Shown piece by piece: positions 26,250 through 39,009 of a DNA stretch of 64,000 bases. The first letter of the stretch is position 1. Every line of letters starts with the position of its first letter. Source of the stretch: Anolis carolinensis (lineage: Eukaryota); NCBI RefSeq assembly GCF_035594765.1, contig NW_026943822.1, positions 14,407,769 through 14,471,768 of the forward strand. Reading direction: 5' to 3'. The notes under the pieces were generated by a model. That model was not told where the DNA came from, searched no databases, and was given only the letters and a program-made list of their open reading frames with translations. Made by a program: the position numbers and the translations under genes.

Positions 26250-26497
26250 AGCAAAAAACGAGAAAAGTCTTAGTGAACTTGTTTACTGGGAGTAAAGGAC
26301 AAATGAGGGCATTGCACAGAAATACAGAAAAATAGATGGCAGGGAACCTTTATTTTTGTAGACAGCTGCAAAGATTGATTTAATGCACAACTAAAGATGT
26401 GGATTCCGGCATACCGCAAAGCAAAGTATAAATGCCATAATGTCATTTGAGAATATCTCCAAGAGATTGAGACTCGAACGCTACTTTCATCTGTAGC

Positions 26498-26503
26498 AAT
26501 AAA
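26498..26503 (+). terminator. Candidate C15orf40 polyadenylation signal
   Basis: First AATAAA after the stop, followed by T/GT-rich sequence. Confidence 0.5.
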
Positions 26504-28602
26504 AAAATGGTTTCATAACTTGGATCTTTGTTTTAGATCACCCAGATAGTGTTTTAACATTGTTTTCCTTTACAAGGGTAAAAAAGAGCAGAGATCAAAC
26601 TCAGTTCACGGTACAGAAATGCCAAAGGAATAATGACTACTACAAAACTGCAGGCCACATGGAATCTGAAAAATGTTCAAGACCACCTCAGTTAACCAAT
26701 ATTTACCATTGATGGTAATAATATTGCTTCAGTGTGTATCAGTTTCATAATACTGAATTTTAAATTTTGTTTGTGTAAACTAGACCAACAATAGAAATGT
26801 CAAAAATTGGCCAGTTGTATTTTTTAAATCATAATTGGGAAATGCCCAGATATTCTAGTCTGGGGTTTCTTTGGGTTTAAGGGGTCTTAAATGGAAAAGC
26901 AACCACTTGTGGAGTTTTCAGAGGTGGAAATAAAAAACATTTACGGGTTAGGTTAGAATAAATGCTGCATCATCAGCTTGGGAGATACATAGTCCACACT
27001 TTGCATTCTTTTGTTTTTTGTGATTGTTTTTAAATCCTCAATTCATCTTAAATAGCTGCATTCCTGTCACTTTTCTTGCCTAATTAAAGGGCTTCTGTTA
27101 TTCTCTCAAATGCAGCCTCTCTTTCTGATTCAGTTTCTTCCTCTCAACCCATGTTTGGCTCAAAACCCATCCTACATGTCATTCATTCTCAGTGCTCTAC
27201 ACTTGGTTAGTATGCTGTCTCACAATCATTGTAGGAATAGCCAAATATAGATGTGATCAGTAGATAAGGAGGAAGGGGAACCATCTGGAGATTTTTTGTC
27301 ACCTATCTTTCCTAACAATCTTTCTTTCACTGAAGGTCTTCCTGGCAATGCGCATATTTTGCTAGCTATATGCACAGATGTCTATTATATACAGCAAAAC
27401 GGGGAAAAAGGAAAAGTATGGTATATAATATACTATAAAGTAAGTTATAGTTCTATATTTCCTCAAGTGATATAATCACTTATATATTATGATTGTAGTA
27501 TCGGTTTATATATTCCAACTGTACAGATAAGTACATATTTCAATGTCCAATTTTAACAAATATAATCCTGATAATATTCTCAAGGTTTGTAATACTCTTC
27601 TTCAAAATCGATCATTCAAAGTAAATCAAAGTTCCATGTCAATAGTAACTCATTCAAAGTAAATCAAAGTTCCATGTCAATAGCAACAACTGGTCTCCCA
27701 GAGATTTTTTTTGCCACCTATCCTTCCTAACAATCTTTCTTTCACTGAAGGTTTTCCTGGCAATGTGCATATTTTGCATGGGCCTTTGTCATATCCCTTT
27801 TAACCAGAAGCCTGGCTTGTTTTGCTATTTAGAACAGGTATGGGATTTTATGACTCCTTGCAGCATTTGCCGTTTAACAGAGTGCACTCTTTTGCTACTT
27901 CTAATGCTTCTGACAGCTCAGAGTCCCAAGTATATTCCAGGTCTTAGCAGCTCAAGATGCTCAAAGGGGAGTTGTAAGCAAAGCTGCCAGAAGGCTTTTC
28001 TTTCCCAAAAGCTACTCCTTGATGGTCTTTAATGTAAAAACAAGCACAGCATCATCCTGACCCTGATAATTTGAAGCTCTTTCATTTTCCTCTAGAAATC
28101 CATTATGTGCCTGCTGCTCAGTGAAAGGCATCAGCAGTTGTGCATCACATGGGGCTTGTTCAGTACATTTGATTCAGCTAGTTTCTACATTTAATCAGGA
28201 TGCTCCACTGTTGGCCAAATCACCTCTCTGCCCAAATTGGGTTACTACCCCAGTGAAGCTTATTTCAGGCTCAAGGGCGCATTAAAACGTCTAGACTCTG
28301 CTCTTAGAAACTAGATTACTTCTGCAAACTGAGTCTGGAGCCACATGTAATTTTGCCTGAGCCTTTGCCAAATTTTCAAGAGCAGTAACATTTTTCAAAT
28401 GGCTATGGTTATTGCCATCTTGCATCTTTCCTTTTTGGAGGGAGGGACAACAGTGTGTAAGGCCCCAACCTGGCCTGAATGCAAATTACCTTCTTCATTC
28501 AAACCAATAACTTTGCCAAACTACTTCTAGTTCATACCTAGCGGCTCACCACTAAAATCAGCATGTTTGGCAATAAAGTAAAAAGTCCCTTAATGCAAAA
28601 TA

Positions 28603-28925
28603 CAGTAGAGTCTCACTTATCCAACGTAAACGGGCCGGCAGAAAGTTGGATAAGCGAATATGTTGGATAACAAGGAGAGATTAAGGAGAAGCCTATTAAA
28701 TATCAAATTAGGTTATGATTTTACAAATTAAGCACCAAAACATCATGTTATACTACACATTTGATAGAAAAAGTCATTCAGTACGCAGTAATGTTACGTT
28801 GTAATTACTGTATTTACGAATTTAGCACCAAAATATCACGATGTATTGAAAACATTGACTTCAAAAATGCGTTGGATAATCCAGAATGTTGGATAATCGA
28901 GTGTTGGATAAGTGAGACTCTACTG
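28603..28925. mobile_element. TA-targeting Tc1/mariner-pogo-type MITE, about 323 bp (other full copies near 36731-37053, 37497-37819, 45347-45669, 46368-46690, 56648-56970)
   Basis: TIR CAGTAGAGTCTCACTTATCCAA with TA on both flanks. Confidence 0.9.
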
Positions 28926-29138
28926 TATATGCACACTGAATCAACATTCAGTAATTGATTCAATAAATCCGTTCTAGTTGGAATACCAACATACTTCCTC
29001 AGTGGTGCTCCCCATTCCATGGCAGCCCTTTAAAAACACCCAAATATATCTGTGGCTGCTTTTGAAAGCACTTTCTTATTTTATCAGACTTGTACTTCCA
29101 ACAATATTGTGGTATTTTCTGTTAAGTATTTGTCACTT

Positions 29139-29451
29139 GGAGCCCCAGTGGCGAAGTGCGTTAAAGCACTGAGCTGGAGACCGAAAGGTCCCAGGTTCAA
29201 ACCGCGGGAGCGGCCGCTGTTAGCTCCAGCTCCTGCCAACCTAGCAGTTCGAAAACATGCCAATGTGAGTAGATCAATAGGTACCGCTTCGGCGGGAAGG
29301 TAAGGGCGTTCCATGCAGTCATGCCGGCCACATGACCTTGGAGGTGTCTATGGACAACGCCGGCTCTTCGGCTTAGAAATGGAGATGAGCACCAACCCCC
29401 AGAGTCAGACATGACTGGACTTAACGTCAGGGGAAACCTTTACCTACCTTT
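29139..29451 (+). mobile_element. Sauria SINE with 12-bp TSD
   Basis: TSD TATTTGTCACTT at 29127-29138 and 29452-29463, ACCTTT tail. Confidence 0.9.
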
Positions 29452-32051
29452 TATTTGTCACTTAATTTTATGTTACCTATCTAAAAAAAAATCACACTGA
29501 AAATGCTTTTTATAAACTGACACAAAATCTTACTGCAAACCTTCTCAAGAAGAATAAAAGGTCTCAGAAGCATTTTAAGGAAATAATACTGCTAAAATGA
29601 TCTCTACAAAGGCCCATCTATGATGAAAATAGATTTTTGCAGCAAAAAAAAGTTACATCTTCAGTCTTAAATCACTGTCTGGAGACTTGAGCAGCCCTGG
29701 AGAATATGTGTTCCTCTAACTGACAATTAGGAGCTGATGGGAATGGTTCTGTCTTGGGCATTTTCCTGAGGCTCGTTGCTGGCTCCTAGTTATTGTAGCT
29801 TTATAGTGGTTCTCATTAAAACAGCTGCTTTGCAGCATTGCTCTTGAAGACAACAAATCTTCAGTGTTCAGTGCCAGTGTTGTTTGGATTGCTTGTAACC
29901 CGTGGGGAAAACAACAGGACAAATGTCATAATGGCCTGCTTTATGTAACGTAAGAGGATGTTGAGGTGGTGTTTTTGCCTGTGCAGGGACCATCTCTTTT
30001 TAAGGCAGCCTTATAAATAAGCCTGCAAAAAATGACTAGCCTTCAGTTTATTTTATTTTACTGTGCTGCTAAGAGACTAGAGACCATTGTGGAAGTAGGG
30101 CATATCCTTCAGGGCTTGTATTTCTTGAGCCTGATGAGAAGAGCAAGGTAGCTGTTATGAGTCCCCTATAGAGACAGATATTTAGAGCAGCAAGATACGT
30201 GAATGTATCCGTACCCTTAAAAAAAACAGGCCATGAAAACCCTGCTGAGTTTAAATTAGGTTCTACAGAATTCTCCACCGCTCTCAGTTCTCTGAGCTCA
30301 TAACAGTCCTGGTTGCCTCATTGGAAGTAATTTTACAGCATTTGTGAGATGTCACTGTGTCTGTATCCTACCAAGGGGATAGTTGCAAAGTACATGATCA
30401 GAGCACATTTAAATGTCTCCTGACAGCTGGCTTTCAGCTGAAATACTTGTGTCAGAATAAGAAAGAGGGAATCTGTGATGGAGATAATGTTATCCTTGAA
30501 TTCTATTGCCAGTGAAGATATGAATGGAAATTATCACATATGTGCATCCCCCCACCTTTCTTTTATTTTTTTATTTATTTTATAGACCCACAGGTATGCC
30601 TTCTCAGTATTATACTTAGCATTTTATTGACTACATCAGCTGCGTAACTATCCCTTCCTGATGACTTTGTCATATTTTGCACTTTGGCCCAGATCCGTGA
30701 ATTCAACTCATGTTTTTAACACTTTATTTTGTACGTTGACCTTTTATGATTGTTTTTATCGATGTTGATGTTTTATTGTTAAGTAATTTGCTTTTGCTTT
30801 TATATTGTTGTGTCTGGGCAAGGCCCCATGTAAGCCGCCCCGAGTCCCTTCGGGGAGATGGGGCGGGGTATAAGAATAAAGTTGTTGTTGTTGTTATTAT
30901 TATTATTTTAGCAAGCAGTAACCCTAATTGCTTCCTTTTGGTAAACTGGAAATGTTCTGCAAATCATCTATCTTTCTCTCTGTTTATCTAGGTTTATATC
31001 CTACATTTCTTCTCAACAGGACTCAAATTGGAATCTCTCTCCCCTCCCCCCCCCCAAAAAAAGTGTTGAAGTATAATTTTTATCTAAAAAATAAGCAAAC
31101 AAGCATGTTGCAATACCTATTAAGACCTCATGGCCTCTATACATATGGACAGACAGTTTGTGGGATGGAAGATCCTATTAGAGTGATTTGGAGAACGTAA
31201 GCATCTAATCCCTTCTGTACACCCAGAGACATCTGTCTCGGGGGGGAAATCCTGAGAAATCCTCCAGCAAAAGAGTGTATAAAGGTTATCTGCAGGTTGA
31301 AGGAAACATGGGTGTAAGGGGTTTCTTGATTCAGATTTCATCATGAAACAGACCTAGCTTCCCAATTTGCTCCTCGTAGAGCTCTTCCAGATCTTTAATC
31401 ACTTTAATTGCCCTCCTCTAGACACCTTCCAGCTCATCCATTTCCTTCTTGCATTGTGGTGCCCAGAACTGGACGCAGGGTTATTGCAAGTGAGTTCTGA
31501 CTGAAGCAAAACTGAATTGAACGATTACTTCCTTAGACACTCTACTGCTATTGATGCAGGATAGAATCACATTGGCCTTTTTAGCTGCCACATCACATTC
31601 TTGTGATGTTCAACTTAAAATACACAGGCTTAATCTCCAGCTGCAATGTACATTGTTGCTGTGTGCACAGCTCCACTTGCACTGCTCTCAGTAGATGGCA
31701 TCTGTAATGCTATGGCAGATACTTCAACCCACAATTGCAGCATGAATTATATGTCACCAACAGGTTGCCAGACAGGGTGTCTGGGGAGTGCAGAAGTCTT
31801 TATATGATGGGGACATTACACAATTACAGTACTATGATTCCACTTTAATTGCCACAGGTATATCCTATGGACTGCTAGAGTTTGTAGTTTGGTGAGGCTC
31901 TCAGAATTCCACAAGTTGCGCCTTAAAGTGTATGTTTTAATATATGCTTTCATGGTTGCATTTTAACTATGTTTTAAGGTGTGCTTTTATAGATGTGTTT
32001 TACTATGTTGTGCCCTGCCTTGAGCCAAAAGGAGAAGCAGGTAATAAATAC

Positions 32052-32052
<1 letters not shown>

Positions 32053-32112
<60 letters not shown>

Positions 32113-32590
32113 CACAATATGACACGACAGACATTGACAAAATTACGATCTGTCAACTGCAAAAGGCCACCCTACTGGGATCTGCACGCATCATCCGAAA
32201 ATACATCACACAGTCGTAGACACTTGGGAAGTGTTCGACTTGTGATTTTGTGATACGAAATCCAGCATATCTATCTTGTTTGCTGTGTCATACAATCAGG
32301 TTCAATAGGTTCAATGACACGATATGAGGATTTAATAATCAAACTGCAAAGACAGTAAAGGTGGTCCCAGTGGGGATTGGCACACTGAGCGCAGTGCCTA
32401 AAGATCTTGGCCAGCTCTTAAAAATAATTGGCGCTGACAAAATTACCAACTGCCAGCTGCAAAAGGCCACCCTACTTGGATCTGCATGCATTATTTGCTG
32501 ATACATCACACAGTCCTAGACACTTAGGAAGTGTCCAATGTGTGATCCAGTACAAAAGTCAGCATAACGATCTTGTTGTGTATCAAATAA

Positions 32591-32636
<46 letters not shown>
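32053..32636 (+). mobile_element. Two R4/Dong 3' fragments between (AAT)n tracts
   Basis: DIDKITICQLQKATLLGSARIIRKYITQS* occurs twice (one young, one diverged). Confidence 0.8.
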
Positions 32637-32694
32637 GTCCCTAGAGTTCACAGGATGAAATAGACAGGGCCAAAATTTCATTCAGTCTCTGGAT

Positions 32695-32700
32695 TTTATT
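32695..32700 (-). terminator. Candidate RAMAC polyadenylation signal
   Basis: AATAAA on the minus strand about 635 nt after the stop. Confidence 0.5.
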
Positions 32701-33334
32701 CCACACTGTACAACAGTCCAAACAGCAAGCTCTCTGAGAAAAGAAAGACAGCAGGAATAATAAACTTAAAAGGACACTGTGTATTGACAATACATGTAAA
32801 AACAAAATGAAATAGTTCATCTTTCACAAAGGTTTTAACCTCAGTTTGACACTTCAGCTCATTGGCTGTTTGCGAATTAAACTGAAATTTAAACCAAGTG
32901 TGCCACAGGGATTAACAGCACTTCAGACGAGTCAAATGGGGAAAAACCAAAAGCTTATTCATCAGCAATAAAAAAGGCAACAAGAAAGCAACATTTCTCT
33001 ATCATGATGTATTACTGATTTTAATCATCCTTCCCACAAAATATGTATGTCAGATATGCAAATGCTTCTGAAGCAAAGCAAATCCCCTCCAAACATCCAA
33101 TATTTATCCATATAATAGGATGGAGTGACAAGGAAGGCAAAGCAGCAAGTTCACAGTTTGCTTTTTAAATTTCAGTTTCAAATTCTCTATCTTCTTTCCT
33201 GAAATAGACTGCAAAATATTTCAAGATTTTGAAAAAGAAGACTTTTCTTGATTAAAAAAAATTGAAACTAGGATAAAACTGATGGAATCAAGGAAACTAC
33301 TTGTTATGCTGGACAATCAATGCTAAACACCGTA

Positions 33335-33527
33335 CTAGTAATAGCCCTGGGAGTATGAACCATAGCCATAATGGGACTGCCGTCCATGTTGAGAGAAGGA
33401 CATTTGTCCTTGACGGCGCTGGGAATAGTTGTTCCCCCAGCCTCTGTCTTGCCACTGGTTGGACCTGTAGCCTCCTTGCCGGTCGTATCGGTCTTCTCTG
33501 CCTTTAAACTGTCGGTTGTCTCTGTAT
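33335..33527 (-). CDS. RAMAC: RAMAC/FAM103A1 terminal coding exon (NR and QYP regions)
   Basis: YRDNRQFKGREDRYDRQGGYRSNQWQDRGWGNNYSQRRQ..YGYGSYSQGYY*, with a TACAG acceptor. Confidence 0.93.
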
Positions 33528-33683
33528 CTGTATTAAGGGAGAAGGACGCATGTTCAACCATATTTACTTCCAAAGCAACAACACATCCATTCTTATATAG
33601 GGCAAATAAAAATAATTAAATTAGTTTTTTTTAAAAAAGACTTATCATAGATATTTTTGAAAAATGTAAACACGAAAGATAAG

Positions 33684-33998
33684 TAAAGGTAAAGGTTTCC
33701 CCTGACATTAAGTCCAGTCATGTCCAACTCGGGGTTGGTGCTCATCTCCATTTCTAAGCCAAAGAGACGGTGTTGTCCGTAGACACCTCCAAGTCATGTG
33801 GCCTGCATGACTGCATGGAACGCCGTTACCTTCCCGCCGGAGCGGTACCTATTGATCTACTCACATTTGCATGTTTTCGAACTGCTAGGTTGGCAGAAGC
33901 TGGAGCTAACAGCGGGCACTTACTCCGCTCCCCGGATTCGGACCTGTGACCTTTCTGTCTGCAAGTTCAGCAGCTCAGCACGTTAGCACACTGTGCCA
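33684..33998 (-). mobile_element. Sauria SINE in RAMAC intron
   Basis: Reverse complement of the 29139-29451-type element. Confidence 0.85.
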
Positions 33999-34260
33999 CA
34001 TGTATTAAATATTAAAACACAAGGAGCATAAAGTTCCTTCTGGCAATAAGGTACAGCTCCACTACCCTAATTATTGACCACCCTGTGGAGGGACTAGAAA
34101 TTCTGTCATTATATGGAGGCCCTAGAAATTCCTAGAGATGTTCTTTCTAAGAATCTTTCAGTTATCCTGCATGATGCTGTGATCAACACCCAGCAGAAGT
34201 TGATCATAAAGTTGCAACAGAAGGCCTATAGTTCCTAAAAAGAAAAGGAAAATCCAGTAC

Positions 34261-34538
34261 CGATCTCTGTATCGCTGGTTTCCACCCGATCTGCTTCTCC
34301 AGTCTTGTATTATAGGAGGTTGGTCTGCGGGACGCTTGACGTATTTCTGATATTCTTCATCCTCTGCTGTAAATCGATGTGCAAACAACTTTTCATATTT
34401 TTGGAGAATCTCAGAAACGCAGGGTTCTCTGCTCAGGCTATCTTCGATTGCAGGAGGTGGGTCTTCAGGCGGCTGGACATCCTTCTGGTTTTCCTCGTCT
34501 TCTGAAGTATATTGAGGAGCCTCTGTGGTGGAAGCCAT
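34261..34538 (-). CDS. RAMAC: RAMAC/FAM103A1 first coding exon (RNMT-activating mini protein); CDS 471 nt = 156 aa
   Basis: MASTTEAPQ..YEKLFAHRFTAEDEEYQKYVKRPADQPPIIQDWRSRSGGNQR resembles human [48 protein letters not shown] donor, phase 2. Confidence 0.93.
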
Positions 34539-35969
34539 TCTGCAATCTCTGCTAATACTATACATACAAAGGTTTTTTTTAAAAGCTATTATGACAATCT
34601 TTGTAAATCAACTACTTGTATAAATCATTGAGTTGAGAATGTTGACAGCCCAGATATATATAAAAAGCTAACCTGGCTAGTATATAAATATCAACCACAC
34701 TAAGGTATATACCCCCTGCATTCATGCTTTCTTTCTCCTTCCCGCCCCTATCTTTTCTCCTTTCTCATCCTTTCCCTTTTTCTTTCTTCCCCCCTTCTTT
34801 CTTTTTCACTTTCCTTTTTTCTTCCTCTCTTTCCTCTCATACAGATCACCTTTCTTACCCAGTGATATTACAGAGGGCCACGTCACCTAACAACAGTCTT
34901 TATGCTACAGACAAGACAAATATACCTTGGGTTGCTGTGAGTTTTCTGGACTGTATGGCCATGTTCCAGTAGCATTCTCTTCTGATGTTTCACCCACAAA
35001 TATGGCAGGCATCCTCAGAGGTTGTCAGGCATATTGGAAAGCTAAGCAAGGGAGGTTTATATATCTGTGGAAGGTCCAGGGTGGGAGAAAAAAACTCTTG
35101 TCTGTTGGATGTTGTAATTATTCACCTTGATTAGCATTAATGGCTTGGAAGCTTCATTCCTGCCTTGGAGGTGTTAGCTGCCCCTGACTGATTCATGTTT
35201 GTAATTCCTCTGTTTTCAGAGTGTTGTTCTTTATTTACTATTCTGATTTTAGAGTTTTTTTAATCAAGTGCCAGTTAACACATCCCAAACAGAGGGTGCC
35301 TCCAGGCAACAGAGGCCTGGCTACCTCTATGCCAATACCCTCACTGATTGACTTTTTTTTCGTGTCAGGAGCAACTGGAGTTGCTTCTGGAGTGAGAGAA
35401 CTGGCCGTCTGCAAGGACGTTGTCCAGGGGACGCCTGGATGTTTTGATGTTTTTACCATCCTTGTGGGAGGCTTCTCTCATGTCCCCGCGTGGAGCTGGA
35501 GCTGATGGAGCTCATCCGCGCTCTCCCCGGGTGGGATTCGAACCTGGCAGCCTTCAGGTCAGCAACCCAACCTTCAAGTCACGAGGATCTTATCCCCTAG
35601 GCCAAGGGAGGCTCCATACTGATTGAATTTGCAGCTGCAAGGCTACTCAATGCTAATCAAGCTTGCTAATTGCAACATTCACACTTGCTTTAGACAGACA
35701 AGCATTCTTTCTTCCACCCTGGACATTATTCCACTTGCCTCACCTCCCAACAGTTTTCTGAAGATGCCAGACACCGATGCAGGCGAAACGTCAGGAGAGA
35801 ATGCTACTGGAACGTGGCCATATAGCCCGAAAAACTCAAAGCAATCCAGTGATTCCGGCCATGAAAGCCTTGGGCAACCAATATACTCTGACTAGCCCAA
35901 ACTAAACCTATCAGAGGTTACATGTAAACAACATCGCAGGAGAGACAAAGAGCAAGGAGTCCTGCTTAC

Positions 35970-36090
35970 CTTCTGCCCAGCTACTTCCGCTTCCGGCTCT
36001 TTGCGCGGCTCTACGGAGGAGAGAGAGAGAGAGAGGGAAAAAAGGCAGGCCTCGCGGGCGCCCTCTTTCGACGGCGAAGAGAAGCGCGTG
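35970..36090 (-). promoter_or_regulatory. RAMAC: RAMAC promoter and non-coding first exon
   Basis: CpG-rich. Tandem ETS/GABP sites CCGGAAGCGGAAGT on the minus strand, strong donor AAG/GTAAGC at 35969. Confidence 0.72.
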
Positions 36091-36248
36091 TTGGCACTGC
36101 AGCACTCAAGTATTAGGCAAGCACGGGGATTGTGGATTTTAAAAGTCTTCAGCATTCGCTGCCGGAGAATACTGGTGCCTTTGCAAACTATACCACTCTC
36201 AGGATTCTATAGCATTGAGCCCTAGCCATGCAAGTGCTGTCAATTCAT

Positions 36249-36705
36249 AGGTAAAGGTTTTCCCCTGACATTAAGTCCAGTCGTGTCCGACTCTGTGGGT
36301 TGGTGCTCATCTCCATTTCTAAGCCGAAGAGCCGGCGTTGTCCGTAGACACCTCCAAGGTCATGTGGCCATTGGCATGACTGCCTGGAGCGCCGTCACCT
36401 TGATCTACTCACATTTGCATGTTTTCGAACTGCTAGGTTGGCATGCAAATGTGAGTAGATCAATAGGTACTGCTCCGGCGGGAAGGTAACGGCGTTTCAT
36501 GCAGTCATGCCGGCCACATGACCTTGGAGGTGTCTATGGACAACGCCGGCTCTTCGGCTTAAAAATGGAGATGAGCACCAACCCCCAGAGTCGGACACGA
36601 CTGGACTTAATGTCAGGGGAAACCTTTACCTTTAGGTTGGTAGAAGCTGGGGCTGACAGCGAGAGCTCACCCTGCTCCCTGGATTCGAACCGCCAACCTT
36701 TTGAC
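36249..36705. mobile_element. Sauria SINE (-) with an embedded inverted Sauria SINE 3' part (+, about 36441-36633)
   Basis: The same sequence appears in both orientations. Confidence 0.8.
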
Positions 36706-37145
36706 TAGTTCGGCAGCTCTGCTGGTTATACAGTAGACTCTCACTTATCCAAGCTAAACAGGCCGGCAGAAGCTTGGATTAGCGAATATCTTGGATAATA
36801 AGGAGGGATTAAGGAAAAGCCTATTAAACATCAAATTAGGTTATGATTTTACAAATTAAGCACCAAAACTTCATGTTATACAACAAATTTGACAGAAAAA
36901 GTAGTTCAATACGCAGTAATGTTATGTTGTAATTACTGTATTTACGAATTTAGCACCAAAATATCATGATATATTGAAAACATTGACTACAAAAATGGCT
37001 TGGATTATCCAGAGGCTTGGATAAGCGAGGCTTGGATAAGGGAGACTCTACTGTATATTTATTTATTTACGGCAGGGCTGCATACTTTCACCCTACCTAT
37101 TCAACTTGTGTGCAGAGCACATCATGTAACATGCAGGGCTTGATG

Positions 37146-37204
<59 letters not shown>

Positions 37205-38971
37205 CTTTATTCTTATACCCCGCCTCCATCTCCCCAAAGGGAGTCGGGGTGAAAGCCCAAACAAATACAATCAGGAACATAAAACACATCAAACGGGAAA
37301 AACCACATGCAAATGAAAATAAAATTAACATAGAAATAATAAAAACATTAGTAAAAACATATTAAAATACAACAATAAAATCATAAAACAAACTGGGCAA
37401 AATCATTTCCAGTCTAGTGCCACATTTCATATAGCCTTCTTAATTATTATTTATTTTGAATTATAGGCACTAAAATGCCTATAATTTTGCCTATTACAGT
37501 AGAGTCTCACTTATCGAAGCCTCGCTTATCCAAGCCTCTGGATAATCCAAACCATTTTTGTAGTCAATGTTTTCAATATATATTGATATTTTGGTGCCAA
37601 ATTCGTAAATATAGTAATTACAACATAACATTACTGCGTATTGAACTACTTTTTCTGTCTAATTTGTTGTTTAACATTATGTTTTGGTGCTTAATTTGTA
37701 AAATCATAACCTAATTTGATGTTTAATAGGCTTTTCCTTAATCCCTCCTTATTATCCAAGATATTCGCTTATCCAAGCTTCTGCTGGCCTGTTTAGCTTG
37801 GATAAGTGAGATTCTACTGTACTTTGTTTTAATGCTAACGTTTCTTTTTTCTTGCCCTTCTCGTGAATCTGGAAATAATATGGATGTTTACTTTGGTGGA
37901 CATTTTTACTCCCAAAATGGTAGAGGCACACAGGAAAGCAATTGATCCAGTTCGTTGTTGAATATACTGGATTAAATATGAACCCACTGGAGGAGTGGGA
38001 ATAAAAAGGTTTTAGTCACTGGAAATCTACTGGAAGGAGCAAAACATTAACAAGTTTCAGAAATGAAATTTATTTGTACAGGAACAAATTCTGACATTGC
38101 CTGAAGGGTTTTTTTTTTTAAATCTTGGAGCACTTGGTTTCAGCTTTGTACACTGCTTTATTGGATTGTAATGTATTTGTCCATTATTTTATTTTGTGTA
38201 TTGTTGGAATGTTTTAAGTTTATGTCAAATATGTTGTTGTTGTTTCGGGCTTGTCCCTGTTGTGAGCCGCCCCAAGTCCCTTCGGGGATATGGGGCAGGA
38301 TATAAAAATAAAGTTTATTATTTATTATTATGGTATTCCTATTGGGATGGAAATCCCAGAATCATAAATACAGAAGAGCATCTGAGGCAAAGCAGTGAAT
38401 CTCTGCTCCAACTAAGGGACTTAACTCTGTTCAGTTTCCATCAAGAAAAGCTTTTAGGGAACAATTCTAGGTAGGAAGTAAATTCTATTTACTTCCAGCT
38501 GTCTCAGAGCTCCTACTGGAATCGATAGAGTTTTTAAATCAACATCATGTTTGGAGACCAGTGTGCACACATTAGAAAGGCTTTTAAAGTAGCACAAAGA
38601 ACAAAAGTCCCAGTTGTCCTGATAAGACTGAATTTTCAATACGGCGCCCGCTGGAAGAGCACTTTTCTAAACAGTGACCTTTAAATGTTAACTGCTTGAG
38701 TTTAAAAAACTACTTTGCTTCTCAGCGGAAGAACAGACACGAAAAAGGCATCTGTAACCGTTCTTGATATCTTTTTATGTAGATAGTCCCTGTCCAAGCA
38801 TAGGATCTCACTCTTCCCTTCTGTTCACTAAACATGGAATGATAGTACAGTAGAGTCTCACTTATCCAACATTCTGGATTATCCAACGCATTTTTGTAGT
38901 CAATGTTTTCAATATATCATGATATTTTGGTGCTAAATTCGTAAATACAGTAATTACTACATAGCATTAAT

Positions 38972-39009
<38 letters not shown>

